Notes: generated by a model not told the origin, from the letters alone. A stretch of 64,000 bases of DNA from Alphaproteobacteria bacterium (GCA_965237415.1 CBDEFM010000001.1:352001-416000), one strand, 5' to 3'. Positions 16,966 through 26,691 are shown, counted from the stretch's first letter. Program-made: numbers and translations.

Positions 16966-18015
16966 ATGAAGTTGACCGACTTAAAACGACACATACAGGA
17001 GCACTTTCGTGACCGACTGGTTGCGGTGGTCGGGTCCGGGCTGTCGGCGGCCGAGGGTTTGCCCACAATGGTTCAGCTCGAATCCCATCTCCGAACGGAA
17101 GTCCCAAAGCATCTACCGGCTGGGTCGGCTGGAGAGTGGAAGCGAGTCGAGGCAGAGCTTGCAGTCGGAGACGGCCTCGAAGCAGCACTTCATCGTGTCC
17201 AGATTTCGGAAGACCTGGGAGCCACGATTCTCTCCCTAACCGGTACGTACGTTTTGGAATGCGAACGCGAGGTTATACGAAGCGCAGTGGCCGGCGAACG
17301 GATTCTAAGGTTCGCCAGCCTATTGCCCTACTTGAATCCCAAGCCCAATGATCCCGTTTCGGTTGTAACCGTCAACTACGATCGCCTGGTTGAGCTCGGT
17401 GCAGAGATTTCAGGCTGGGGTGTGGACACAATGTTTATAGGGACAAGATTTGGGGTCTTGGACCCTGCCCTCAGCGAACGGTCGTTCGTCCAGGACATCG
17501 CCCGGAGACCCAAGGGCGGGTATCGGTTGATCTACAGAAATCGCATTCGTGTCTACAAACCACACGGAAGTCTCGACTGGTTCAAGAGCGATCGAGGTCC
17601 GTTGTACTGCCCAATTGACTTTCCGGGCGAACGTCTGATCGTAACGCCTGGTGTGACGAAGTATCGGCAGGGCTACGAGCGTCCCTTTGATATACACCGG
17701 GAGAAGGCCAATGAGCAAATCGATGCCTGTCGGCGGCTATTCTGCGTGGGCTATGGGTTTAACGACGACCACCTGCAGGTCCACCTGAGGGACAAGATGC
17801 GGGCGGGTACACCGACTTTAATACTCACTCGAACCTTATCGACGTCAGCCATGGATCTAATTGAACAGTCTTCCGGTGCTATTGCGGTGTCCAACAACGA
17901 AGAAGACCCGACAGGTTCGACAATAGTGGTAGTAACGGCGACTGACTCGGAGGTGATTGCAGCTCCACCTCTGTGGGACCTCGCTGTACTCATCGATGAG
18001 GTACTTTCACCATGA
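16966..18015 (+). CDS. SIR2-like (SIR2_2) NADase, Sir2-HerA defence effector
   Basis: VVGSGLSAAEGLP, VTVNYDRLVE, YKPHGSLDW and VGYGFND motifs. Confidence 0.85.
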   Translation: MKLTDLKRHIQEHFRDRLVAVVGSGLSAAEGLPTMVQLESHLRTEVPKHLPAGSAGEWKRVEAELAVGDGLEAALHRVQISEDLGATILSLTGTYVLECEREVIRSAVAGERILRFASLLPYLNPKPNDPVSVVTVNYDRLVELGAEISGWGVDTMFIGTRFGVLDPALSERSFVQDIARRPKGGYRLIYRNRIRVYKPHGSLDWFKSDRGPLYCPIDFPGERLIVTPGVTKYRQGYERPFDIHREKANEQIDACRRLFCVGYGFNDDHLQVHLRDKMRAGTPTLILTRTLSTSAMDLIEQSSGAIAVSNNEEDPTGSTIVVVTATDSEVIAAPPLWDLAVLIDEVLSP

Positions 18016-19781
18016 CCGAAGCAGCCCTGCAATTTGGCGACCAGGACCGTATAGGTCGGGTTATTGCGGTAGACACAAGCCGCGTAGCGATTGACGTTGA
18101 AGACCATGGGCTAATGACCACCTTGGCCGTTGGCAATTTGGTCGCCATCCGAGGTTTGACAGCACAGGAATTTTTGATCGGCATTATCGAAAGAGCCACC
18201 CGAAGCGTTCGAGAGGAACTGCTGACGGAAGACGCTGATGAAGAGGGCAACGTTCCGGTTGGCGAGGTACAGGAGGACATAATCCGGGCCGTACTTGTTG
18301 GAACGTTCCGGGTGCTCGATGGGGACATTGTAAATATTTTCAAGCGAGGCGCGGATTCATTTCCACAGATTGACCGCGAGTGTTTTCTTATTTCAGCAGC
18401 AAATCTGCAACGGTTCATGAATTTACTGAGTGCCAATGTTGAGGAAGGGGAGAGACTTCAGCTTGGCCAGTACGTATCAGATAGCAATGCAATTGCAATC
18501 GCAAATGGTGACAAGTTCTTTCAAAGACATGCAGCCGTACTAGGCAGTACGGGTTCGGGTAAGAGTTGGTGCACGGCGCTGATCCTGGAGCGCGCCAGTA
18601 AACTTGCGCATCCCAATCTCATCGTGCTGGACATGCACGGGGAGTATTCTCCGATAGCCGACGAATGTAAGGGATACGCAGCGCAGTTTCGTATCGCTGG
18701 CCCAGGGGACCTGGAAGCGCCGACGAATGAGAACGTATTCTTGCCATACTGGTTACTCAATCGAGAAGAAATGCTTGCCATGATTCTCGATCGGAGTGAT
18801 CAAAATGCTCCCAACCAAGCGTCACGTTTCACGCACCACGTTAAGGAGTTGAAGGACCAGACACTTGACGAAGCGGGAAAGCAAGATGTGCGAAAGACCT
18901 TCACCGTCGATTCTCCAGTATTCTATTCTCTTGACGAACTACTAAAGCGGCTTGAATCGGACGATAGTGGCATGAAACCTGGTGCTGGGAAAAACTTAAT
19001 TAAGGGTGATTGGAATGGAAAGCTGACCAGATTCGTTGCCCGACTAAAAGCGAAGGTCGATGATCGTCGCTATGGATTCATGTTTCGCCCACCCGTTGAA
19101 TCGGCACGTTACGAGTGGTTGGGAGAGCAAGTCGTTAGGCTGCTCGACTCGTCGGAGAAGCGACGTGGGATTAAGGTTGTCGACTTCTCGGAAGTCCCCT
19201 CAGATGTGCTTCCCGTCGTGGCTGGTGTTTTTGCCCGACTATTGTATGACGCACAGTTTTGGATTGAGAAAGCCAGTCGTACACCGATTTGCTTGGTATG
19301 TGACGAGGCTCACCTGTACCTGCCGGTGAAGGCCGAGGCTGAAGCAGTGGAACGGCGGGCACTCGAAACGTTCGAGAGAATCGCCAAGGAGGGGCGCAAG
19401 TATGGCGTTGCCTTGATGGTTGTGAGTCAGCGACCATCAGATGTGAGCCGCACCATTTTGAGTCAATGCAACAATTTTCTGGTTCTAAGATTGACGAACG
19501 ACCAAGATCAGTCAGTCGTAAGAAGGCTGATGCCGGATTCAATGGTCAGTTTCACGGAGATGCTGCCGCTGCTGGAAACTGGGGAGGCGCTGCTCTTGGG
19601 AGACGCTGTCCTTCTTCCAACAAGAATTCGCCTTGATGTTCCTGAACTGAAGCCCGCAAGTGCCACCCGAGATTTCTGGACAGAATGGCGAGAGCGAACC
19701 CCGAAGGAGAAAGCGATTCAAGACGCAATTGAGACATTGCGTCGGCAAAGTCGTTTGAACTCCCAGGATGGAGGTTGCTAG
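18012..19781 (+). CDS. herA: HerA/FtsK-family ATPase (DUF87)
   Basis: N-terminal HAS-barrel-like region, RHAAVLGSTGSGKS, LDMHGEY, CDEAHLY, EGRKYGV and SQRPSD; ATGA-coupled to the SIR2 gene. Confidence 0.88.
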   Translation: MTEAALQFGDQDRIGRVIAVDTSRVAIDVEDHGLMTTLAVGNLVAIRGLTAQEFLIGIIERATRSVREELLTEDADEEGNVPVGEVQEDIIRAVLVGTFRVLDGDIVNIFKRGADSFPQIDRECFLISAANLQRFMNLLSANVEEGERLQLGQYVSDSNAIAIANGDKFFQRHAAVLGSTGSGKSWCTALILERASKLAHPNLIVLDMHGEYSPIADECKGYAAQFRIAGPGDLEAPTNENVFLPYWLLNREEMLAMILDRSDQNAPNQASRFTHHVKELKDQTLDEAGKQDVRKTFTVDSPVFYSLDELLKRLESDDSGMKPGAGKNLIKGDWNGKLTRFVARLKAKVDDRRYGFMFRPPVESARYEWLGEQVVRLLDSSEKRRGIKVVDFSEVPSDVLPVVAGVFARLLYDAQFWIEKASRTPICLVCDEAHLYLPVKAEAEAVERRALETFERIAKEGRKYGVALMVVSQRPSDVSRTILSQCNNFLVLRLTNDQDQSVVRRLMPDSMVSFTEMLPLLETGEALLLGDAVLLPTRIRLDVPELKPASATRDFWTEWRERTPKEKAIQDAIETLRRQSRLNSQDGGC

Positions 19782-20128
19782 CTGTGGGAAATGGGATGCG
19801 TGGTGCTGTATCCGTTTCCGGGAAAAAGTTGCACTACCTGCCGGAGTCGATCAACGGACGAGCACAATTTGTACATCGAACGGTGTCGGTGATTTGTCAA
19901 TGGCGAAGATATGCGAGGGCAAGGGACGGAGCAAGAGAGTGCCAGCTTGGTTTTGGGCGCGGCTGAGCGTTCGCTCGGTTCGGACTGGGAGCTCCGGTGC
20001 GTCAGGCTTCTCCGGACGCCGGTTGATCTCCTTCCGGGGGGGCTGCTTGGTAGTGGAGGACCGAATGGCGCCTAGCCGCTGTGCCGCGGCTGCACAGTCG
20101 ATATCCGCCTAACGGAGGTCTGTTTGGG

Positions 20129-21361
20129 ATGAACGGCGGCGATAGGGTACAGAAGTGCAAACCAACACTCAACCATGCTTTGAGACAGTTCGAGTTGGCT
20201 GAAGCGAACCTGGCTAGGCTCGAAACGCTCTGGCAGAAGATTGAAGGCGAGTTGCCGAACGGACCAGCATTTGGTGCTCCTCCTAAGTACGACGAGTGGT
20301 GCATTGCGTTCAAAAGCATCCTCGCGATGTTGCCTGCCGTGGATGGCTTTCGCGTCGAAGATCACCTGTACGAGTACGATGAAGCGGGGCAGATGCAGTT
20401 TGATGCGTTAGAGTTGGGTGAGGTCGAAGCGCAGCTTAGTGTTTCTAGGGAGTTGGCGGAACAGGGACGTCAACTCAGAGAGTATCGTGTTCACTTCCAA
20501 GCGAAACGGCGGAAGTTGGTGCGCGACAGGATTTTGAAGAGAATGAGTGAGCTGGACCAAGTAGTGGCCCAGTTTGACCGTAAGGGCTCCGGAGGGCGGG
20601 GCAAGCCAAACGTTGCGATTGGGGCGTGGAGCCAGCTACGAAAGGCAGTCGACGAGATCGAGACATTGCTTGGCAGCAGTGGTCGGCCAGAACAGTGGAG
20701 CACCCTGAAGCGGCCACGGCACGATGACAACGATGCTCAAGTCGCCGGGGAACTCATGGAGGCCGCTTTTCGCGTTTGGCCGAGTGTCAGGGCCTCACTG
20801 AGCGACGGTCTGTACGGCGAGTTAGATCCGATTCCTGTTGGTGCTAACGACTTGGGCGAGGTCGTCAACGAAGATCCAGCAGGGCCGGTGTCGACCAAGT
20901 TGGAGTGGTCTGCGTTGGACGATGAGGATTTCGAACGCTTGGTGTACCAACTGATCTCCGAAGCCAAGGGGTACGAGAACGTACAATGGCTACAAAAGAC
21001 TCATGCGCCGGACCGCGGCCGGGATCTTTCTGCGGACAGAGTGTACGCCGACGCTTTAGGCAGCGTGCGAAGGTTTCGCACAATCATCCAGTGCAAACAC
21101 TGGTTGTCAAGAAGTGTGGGACGCAGTGAGATAGGGGAGGCTCGGGACGCAATGGAACTCTGGCAGCCCCCTCGGGTGGACATCTTGGTCATCGTAACGT
21201 CGGGACGATTTACGGCAGACGCGGTGGCGATAGTGGAGAATCACAACCAGTCCGACAAGGCGCTTGCCATCGAGATGTGGCCGGAGAGTCACCTGGAGAC
21301 GCTCTTGGCTGCCCGACCCCACTTGATCGGTCAGTTTGGCTTGCGTAGCGCAAGCCAGTAG
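20129..21361 (+). CDS. Mrr-like (PD-(D/E)xK) restriction endonuclease with large N-terminal helical domain
   Basis: C-terminal DFERLVYQL..PDRGRD..IIQCKHW..IVTSGRFT; start uncertain (20081 or 20129). Confidence 0.75.
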   Translation: MNGGDRVQKCKPTLNHALRQFELAEANLARLETLWQKIEGELPNGPAFGAPPKYDEWCIAFKSILAMLPAVDGFRVEDHLYEYDEAGQMQFDALELGEVEAQLSVSRELAEQGRQLREYRVHFQAKRRKLVRDRILKRMSELDQVVAQFDRKGSGGRGKPNVAIGAWSQLRKAVDEIETLLGSSGRPEQWSTLKRPRHDDNDAQVAGELMEAAFRVWPSVRASLSDGLYGELDPIPVGANDLGEVVNEDPAGPVSTKLEWSALDDEDFERLVYQLISEAKGYENVQWLQKTHAPDRGRDLSADRVYADALGSVRRFRTIIQCKHWLSRSVGRSEIGEARDAMELWQPPRVDILVIVTSGRFTADAVAIVENHNQSDKALAIEMWPESHLETLLAARPHLIGQFGLRSASQ

Positions 21362-21515
21362 AACGTCAGCAAGCGTCTAGGTTGGCGAGAGAGCCAGCCC
21401 CCGAGCGGACCACGTTCGCATAAGGCACCGAGCCGTCGCTGACCCTCGACATCACGGCGCGAACCAATGTTCGCAATGGAAGCAGTCCTGGCCGAACGGA
21501 TGCATTTGGGGAGAC

Positions 21516-21953
21516 CTAGACAGGCGTGGCGCCCGTGGCGCTGCGAATGCGGCACTGGACGAACGAGTAGTGTCCGCCTTTCAACCTCTCTGCCTGCTTG
21601 CCGGTCACGATCACCCAGTCTCCCACATCGACGGACGGTCGGGACTTATCATCCCGATCTCCCTCCAAGCGGTACCGAGGCGAATTTTTCTCGCCCTCGT
21701 CCGCTAAGAATTCATGAAGGTCCATGATACGAGTGATCTGGAGCGGCCTCAGAGTCATGAACGGCGTGCGCCACATCCACCACTGGCGGCGCACTTCCGA
21801 CCAGTACGATGCGATAAACGCCAGGCCCGAGACCACAAGAATCGCCCACGCTGCGGGGTCTGCCTGCCCGGGAGGGAAATACGAATCAAAGGTACGTCCG
21901 GCGCCAGCGCCTATACCGATGGCCGATATGGTTCGGAACACCTCTCGAATCAT
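21516..21953 (-). CDS. Hypothetical membrane protein
   Basis: Hydrophobic N-terminal segments (AWAILVVSGLAFIASYW); follows the 125-aa gene. Confidence 0.4.
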   Translation of the reverse strand: MIREVFRTISAIGIGAGAGRTFDSYFPPGQADPAAWAILVVSGLAFIASYWSEVRRQWWMWRTPFMTLRPLQITRIMDLHEFLADEGEKNSPRYRLEGDRDDKSRPSVDVGDWVIVTGKQAERLKGGHYSFVQCRIRSATGATPV

Positions 21954-21981
21954 CTGAGCCTATCCAGGACGACTCGCCTCG

Positions 21982-22359
21982 TCAGTGTTGCGACCACACG
22001 GCGTAGACGTTGTTCAATTCTCCGATCCAGCATGTATCTGGATCGGAGATGTCTCGCCCGCGTTCTTCGGCCATTTCGAAGAACCCAGAGCCTGGTGCCC
22101 CGTCGTCCTTATGGACGACCAAGGCTGTCAGTAAGCCACGCCGCGCTTCGTCTTCCTCGGACGCTATCTCGTAGAGCATGTGGTTCAAGCGAACGTCGTG
22201 GGGCTCAAGGTCGCATTTCGTAATCTTCTGCACGAGGTCAGAGTAATAGATCACATCGTTGTGCCGCGCTCGATCGATCATGACTCGTCGTGCCTCGTCT
22301 TTCGCGGCCTCCCAAGTACGGCGGTCGCAGCATCCAGGATCGAAACCGTCGCGCCTCAT
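21982..22359 (-). CDS. Hypothetical winged-helix-like protein (125 aa)
   Basis: AGGAG RBS; IYYSDL..LLTALVVHK..PGSGFF pattern, which I recall from defence-island proteins. Confidence 0.65.
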   Translation of the reverse strand: MRRDGFDPGCCDRRTWEAAKDEARRVMIDRARHNDVIYYSDLVQKITKCDLEPHDVRLNHMLYEIASEEDEARRGLLTALVVHKDDGAPGSGFFEMAEERGRDISDPDTCWIGELNNVYAVWSQH

Positions 22360-22990
22360 GCAATTCTCCTTTCCGGCAGAGCCGTGGCGCCCCTGCGTTG
22401 GTAGGAGTCTACGGAGTGGAGCAGCGGTGGTCTATGGCGGAAACGGGAGCGCGAGAGGAGCTCGGTCGCTTCGTCAAGTGACTGTGGAAAACGCCGCGAC
22501 GGATGTCTAGCGCAGCCCCGATTGGTGCCGAAATTTGGAGAACGGGGAACATCTCGGCCACTTGGCCGCATCGATTCGGTGGCCGGGTGATGGCGGTCAT
22601 GAATGCACTGGTGCGAGCTCATTGCGGGCAGCCAGGACGTCGGGTTGCCGGTTCCCTCGTGCAGGTTTCACCCCAAGACCGAACGGTATCCAGCGGGTAA
22701 CTGTTGGGTCTTGGGGGATGGAGGCGCAGATGTCGCACCAGTTTGGCGTCAAGCCGTGCCCAGTCGGGGCTGAGTTCCATTCCATCCCCCGGCCGACGAG
22801 CGGGTAAGGGTTCGGTTGGGCCGGTAGACCGTCGCCAGGACCCTCAGCATCGTCTTGTTCTGACCGACCGTGGCCAGCTCTCAGCAGTGCTTTCGCCTGC
22901 CCCATACCGGCCCGACCGAACCTTTACACGAGCGGTTACCGGAATTTCAGGGTGCTTGGCGAGCCACAGGACAATCGCGGCATGGAGGCC

Positions 22991-23153
22991 CAGGATTGCG
23001 GGTCACATTGATTGCAGAATGCTTACGCAAATCAGCGAAGCAGGATCAGGCGGCTTGAGAGAAAACTGGAAAAATCGTTTTATAACGCTTAGTTAGGAGA
23101 TCGATTGGCGTAGGAAGTTCCCAGGTGCTGGCACAAGTGTGCCGTAGGTGATG
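22991..23153. repeat. Imperfect direct repeat, copy A (att-like)
   Basis: Aligns almost gap-free with 25129-25292; shared blocks CAGGATT, GCTTACGCAAATCA, GGCGTAGGAAG, TGGCACAAGT and CGTAGGT. Confidence 0.8.
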
Positions 23154-23165
23154 AAGAACAGCAAC

Positions 23166-23341
23166 TCGGCGGCGATCGCCGAACGCACCTTCGCATGGCT
23201 CGGGCGCTGCCGACGGCTCGCAAAGGACTGGGAGAAATCCATCGCATCCAGCGAGACATGGATCGACATCGCCCACATCCGACTAACAACACGCCGCCTC
23301 GCAAGGCTTTGAAAAATAGCGACGAGTTTCGAGTCAGGCTC
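23166..23341 (+). mobile_element. IS5-family 3' remnant (transposase C-terminus and right end)
   Basis: ERTFAWLGRCRRLAKDWEKSIASS..IRLTTRRLARL* followed by TTCGAGTCAGGCTC-TAA. Confidence 0.75.
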
Positions 23342-23378
23342 TAAGAGATAGGCGAGTAGCCGACCTGATGATCCACCT

Positions 23379-23798
23379 TCATCCCCCGCCGCCGGAGACC
23401 TGCGAGTCGGGATTCGCGAGGAACCGGTCCAGCATCGGGCAATCGGTCCGGCCGGCATCGCATCGGTCGACCAACTCCGCGAGGGCGCGCTCGAGCTTGC
23501 CAAGTTCCTCGATCTTCCGCCTGACACCCCGCAGGTGCCGCTCCCCCAGGGTCTTCACCTCCGCGCACGGCGCCTCGCTGCCCGCCGACAGCTCAAGCAG
23601 TGTGCGGATATCCGCGATCGAAAACCCGAGATCCCTGCAACGCCTGACGAATCGCAAGCGCCCAATGTCCCCTTCGGCGTAGAGTCTGCGGCCGGTTGGG
23701 CCCCGCGCCGCCCGGGGAACAATGCCCTCGCGCTCGTAATACCGGATGGTTTCGATGGTTACGCCGCTTATCTTCGCGGCGGCTCCGATGGGACGCAT
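23379..23798 (-). CDS. merR: MerR-family metal-sensing regulator
   Basis: IGAAAKISGVTIETIRYYEREG, RLRFVRRCRDLGFSI; Cys at PCAEV and RCDAGRTDCP. Confidence 0.88.
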   Translation of the reverse strand: MRPIGAAAKISGVTIETIRYYEREGIVPRAARGPTGRRLYAEGDIGRLRFVRRCRDLGFSIADIRTLLELSAGSEAPCAEVKTLGERHLRGVRRKIEELGKLERALAELVDRCDAGRTDCPMLDRFLANPDSQVSGGGG

Positions 23799-23810
23799 CG
23801 CTGATTCCCC

Positions 23811-23841
23811 TTGATCCTGTAGTGGCTACAGGATGTATACA
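23811..23841 (+). promoter_or_regulatory. MerR-type promoter/operator
   Basis: TTGATC-19 bp-TATACA with dyad ATCCTGTAG-TGG-CTACAGGAT (23814-23834). Confidence 0.85.
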
Positions 23842-23848
23842 GGCGGTC

Positions 23849-24256
23849 ATGAATACAAGAACCGTTCGAATCGCCCCGGCCGAGGACGGCCGTCCGCTAG
23901 AAAACAGTGGCCGAAAGAGCTGGATTGCCGCCGGCGGCATTCTGGGCGCGATCGCCGCGTCGTCCTGCTGCATCCTGCCGCTCGTGCTGTTCAGCCTCGG
24001 AGCCGGCGGTGCATGGATCGGCAACCTCACCGCCCTTGCGCCCTTCCAGCCGGTCTTCGTGGCGATCACGCTTGGCTTTCTCGGTTACGGCTACTGGCTG
24101 GTTTATCGCAAGCCCAGGGCGGCCTGCGCCGACGGGGAAGCCTGCGCCACGCCGATGGCCGGCCGGATCGTGAAGCTGGCCCTGTGGCTTGCCACTGTGC
24201 TGGTCGTGGCAGCGGTCGCCTTTCCGTATATCGCCCCGATCCTGCTCGGCACCTAG
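23849..24256 (+). CDS. merT: Mercuric transport protein MerT
   Basis: AASSCCILPLVLFSLGAGGAWIGNLTALAP and ACADGEAC; three TM segments. Confidence 0.88.
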   Translation: MNTRTVRIAPAEDGRPLENSGRKSWIAAGGILGAIAASSCCILPLVLFSLGAGGAWIGNLTALAPFQPVFVAITLGFLGYGYWLVYRKPRAACADGEACATPMAGRIVKLALWLATVLVVAAVAFPYIAPILLGT

Positions 24257-24281
24257 AGATCCACGAAAGGACAACGTCAGC

Positions 24282-24566
24282 ATGAAGACCATTCTGAAGG
24301 CGGCGATCTTCGCCGGCGGCATCCTGGCCGTTACGCCGGCATTTGCCGGGGAACGGACCGTCGTCCTCGAGGTCAGCGGGATGACCTGCGCGTCCTGTCC
24401 TTACATCGTCAGGAAAACCCTGGCCGCCGTTGAGGGCGTGACGTCTGTCAATGTTTCCCTTGCGGACAAGGTTGCCGTCGTCTCCTTCGACGACAGCAAG
24501 ACCGAAGTGGCGGCGCTTACCGAAGCGACCGGAGACATGGGCTTTCCGTCTGCCGTGAAAGAGTAG
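24282..24566 (+). CDS. merP: Periplasmic metal-binding protein MerP (HMA domain)
   Basis: Signal peptide ending AFA; GMTCASC. Confidence 0.88.
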   Translation: MKTILKAAIFAGGILAVTPAFAGERTVVLEVSGMTCASCPYIVRKTLAAVEGVTSVNVSLADKVAVVSFDDSKTEVAALTEATGDMGFPSAVKE

Positions 24567-24631
24567 ACGGCACGGATGAAAGGCCGCTCGCCGGGCGCGT
24601 CGGTCTTTCCTGCGATCGAGAGGTACGCGAT

Positions 24632-24853
24632 ATGGCGGCGCAAAGGACGGTGACGATACTCGAGACAACCATAACCTGCCCGGCGTGCGGCCGTTCGCAG
24701 ACCGAGACGATGCCGACCGACGCCTGTCAGTGGTTCTACGATTGCCGTCACTGCGGGACGGTCCTGAAGCCCAAGCCCGGCGACTGCTGCGTATATTGCT
24801 CATACGCGACCGTGCCCTGTCCGCCGGTACAGGCCGGCACCGCCTGCCACTGA
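24632..24853 (+). CDS. GDCCVxC-domain Cys-rich small protein
   Basis: TITCPACG..MPTDACQWFYDCRHCG..KPKPGDCCVYCSY..PCPPVQ. Confidence 0.82.
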   Translation: MAAQRTVTILETTITCPACGRSQTETMPTDACQWFYDCRHCGTVLKPKPGDCCVYCSYATVPCPPVQAGTACH

Positions 24854-25128
24854 CCGTTGGCGGGCAAGACTACGCGGTCGTGAGGGACGATCGCAGGCCC
24901 GTGGGAATGGAGGATCCCCGGCGCATCCGTCCTCCCGCCTAGGCCCGTTTCATGGGTGCGAACGCGGGAACCCCGACCGGTCGGGTCACAATCCGAGGTG
25001 GGTCCCCGCGACCTTGCTGCGCTCGGTTGCCGGCAACTCCCGACACTTGCCTCGCACGGCTTGTCGGAACGGTTGCCTCCGAAATCGGGGCGCTGGGCGG
25101 GCTAAAGGACAACTGCGAATAGAGTAGG

Positions 25129-25292
25129 CAGGATTACGGATCAGATCGGTTTCAAAACGCTTACGCAAATCACAGAGGCGTGGTCAAGCGGTTTGAGGTG
25201 ATGTTTGAAAACTCCTGAAAAAAATAATGCGTTAGATGATTGGCCGGCGTAGGAAGCGCCATAGAGTTGGCACAAGTATGTCGTAGGTCATG
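25129..25292. repeat. Imperfect direct repeat, copy B (att-like)
   Basis: Homologous to 22991-23153; lies directly downstream of the integrase stop. Confidence 0.8.
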
Positions 25293-25316
25293 CGGGAGCA
25301 GGCTGCCGAGCTTCGC

Positions 25317-26564
25317 TCAAGCTAAGGACCCGTCCCCGTGCGCGTCGGCGCTCATCAGCTGGTCGATTCGGTCGGCCACCCGCTGGGCGGGGTCGCGGAG
25401 CTGTTCGACGGTCCAGTCGGCGGCGTAGCCCTCGGTGATGTCATCGTCGCGGGCGTGGTTGACCAGCCGCTTGGTCAGCGAGCGCGGCAGCATCAGCTCG
25501 CGCTCGGCCACGGTGATGAAAACATTGCGCAGGCCGTGGAACCAGAACCGGGTTCCGGCGGCGCGCCCGATTTCTTCGTAGTACTGGTGAATGCCGCCCA
25601 GATGGCCCGACGCGCTCATCGTGGACGGGAACAGCCAGCCGTCCGGGTCATCGCTGTCCTCCCGGCGGCGTTTGAAGATCGCGGCCAGTTGCCGGGTGAC
25701 GGGAAGCTCCAGCGGCTCTCCGGTCTTGGTCTCCTCGACCCGGAGGGTAAGGCGTTCAAGGTTCACCCGCTCCCATTTCAGCGACACGATCTCGCCCAGG
25801 CGCATGCCGGTGTAGACCCCAATGAGGAAAATGCCGCGGTGCGCGGGCGGGAGCCCGACCTCCTCGATGCCGGCGCGCCAGCGCGGCAGCACCTCGCTCG
25901 GGGCGGAGATGCGCCGCCGCCGTTTCGGGTGATAGCGCCCGCCGCCGGCGAGCCAGAGCTCGACCGGATTGCGCAGGCCCTCGTGATCGACGCAGGACCG
26001 GCGGTAGATCGAGCGCAGCAACGAGATCGTCTGGTTGGCGGTCGCCCAGCCGTGGTTCATGGTGATGTGATTGAACCGCCCCTCGATGTCGCGCCGGGTG
26101 ATGGCGTCGAGCGGGCGGGAGCGCCAGTCGGGTATATTGACCCGCACGTTCTGGCGGTAGCGCTCGACGGTCCTTGCCTTGCGGTTGGGGTTGGCGGCCA
26201 TGTAGTCCTTGAACGCTTCTTCGAGGGTGGGAATTCCCCGGGCCACGGCGCGTTCGTTGGCGGGGTCGTCCCCTGCGGCGACGCGCCCGAAAAGTTCCTG
26301 GGCCATGCGCCGCGCCTGGTCGGGGGTGATGCGGCCGTAGCGTCCGAGGGTGACGCGCTTGTTGGGCGCCTTGCGCCCGCCGTCTCCGGCGCGATAGTTG
26401 GCGATGAAGGTCCTGGTGCCCGAGGGCTGGACGCGGACGCCGAAGCCCGAAAGCTTGTCGTCCCATGCAATCCAGGGCTTGTCGGTGGGCTCGAGGGCGT
26501 CGAGATTGCGCTTGGTCAGCGTCAGCTTGACCTTGGCGATGCGTTTTGCTGAGAGATTTTCCAT
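25317..26564 (-). CDS. Tyrosine integrase with N-terminal arm-binding (DUF4102-like) domain
   Basis: WDDKLSGFGVRV..TLGRYG; catalytic TGMRLGE, ETKTG, FHGLRN, LVNH and TEGY all present. Confidence 0.9.
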   Translation of the reverse strand: MENLSAKRIAKVKLTLTKRNLDALEPTDKPWIAWDDKLSGFGVRVQPSGTRTFIANYRAGDGGRKAPNKRVTLGRYGRITPDQARRMAQELFGRVAAGDDPANERAVARGIPTLEEAFKDYMAANPNRKARTVERYRQNVRVNIPDWRSRPLDAITRRDIEGRFNHITMNHGWATANQTISLLRSIYRRSCVDHEGLRNPVELWLAGGGRYHPKRRRRISAPSEVLPRWRAGIEEVGLPPAHRGIFLIGVYTGMRLGEIVSLKWERVNLERLTLRVEETKTGEPLELPVTRQLAAIFKRRREDSDDPDGWLFPSTMSASGHLGGIHQYYEEIGRAAGTRFWFHGLRNVFITVAERELMLPRSLTKRLVNHARDDDITEGYAADWTVEQLRDPAQRVADRIDQLMSADAHGDGSLA

Positions 26565-26591
26565 GCGGGCATTATGCCGGGACCTGCGAAA

Positions 26592-26691
26592 TGTTCAACC
26601 CTGTATTCAACACGAGAAAGAGAAACGGAGGCTGGTCAAGCGGGATGCAGAGGCCTTGTGGCACTTGAGGAATCCTACTAACCTGTTGATT
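26592..26691. promoter_or_regulatory. att-like region upstream of the integrase, with IHF site
   Basis: TAACCTGTTGATT (26679-26691) is a perfect YAANNNNTTGATW match; tandem TTCAAC at about 26594 and 26606. Confidence 0.5.

Noticed and set aside
24632-24900. Selenocysteine recoding in the GDCCVxC protein
   Set aside because: All motif positions are Cys codons; the only TGA is terminal and I see no clear SECIS hairpin
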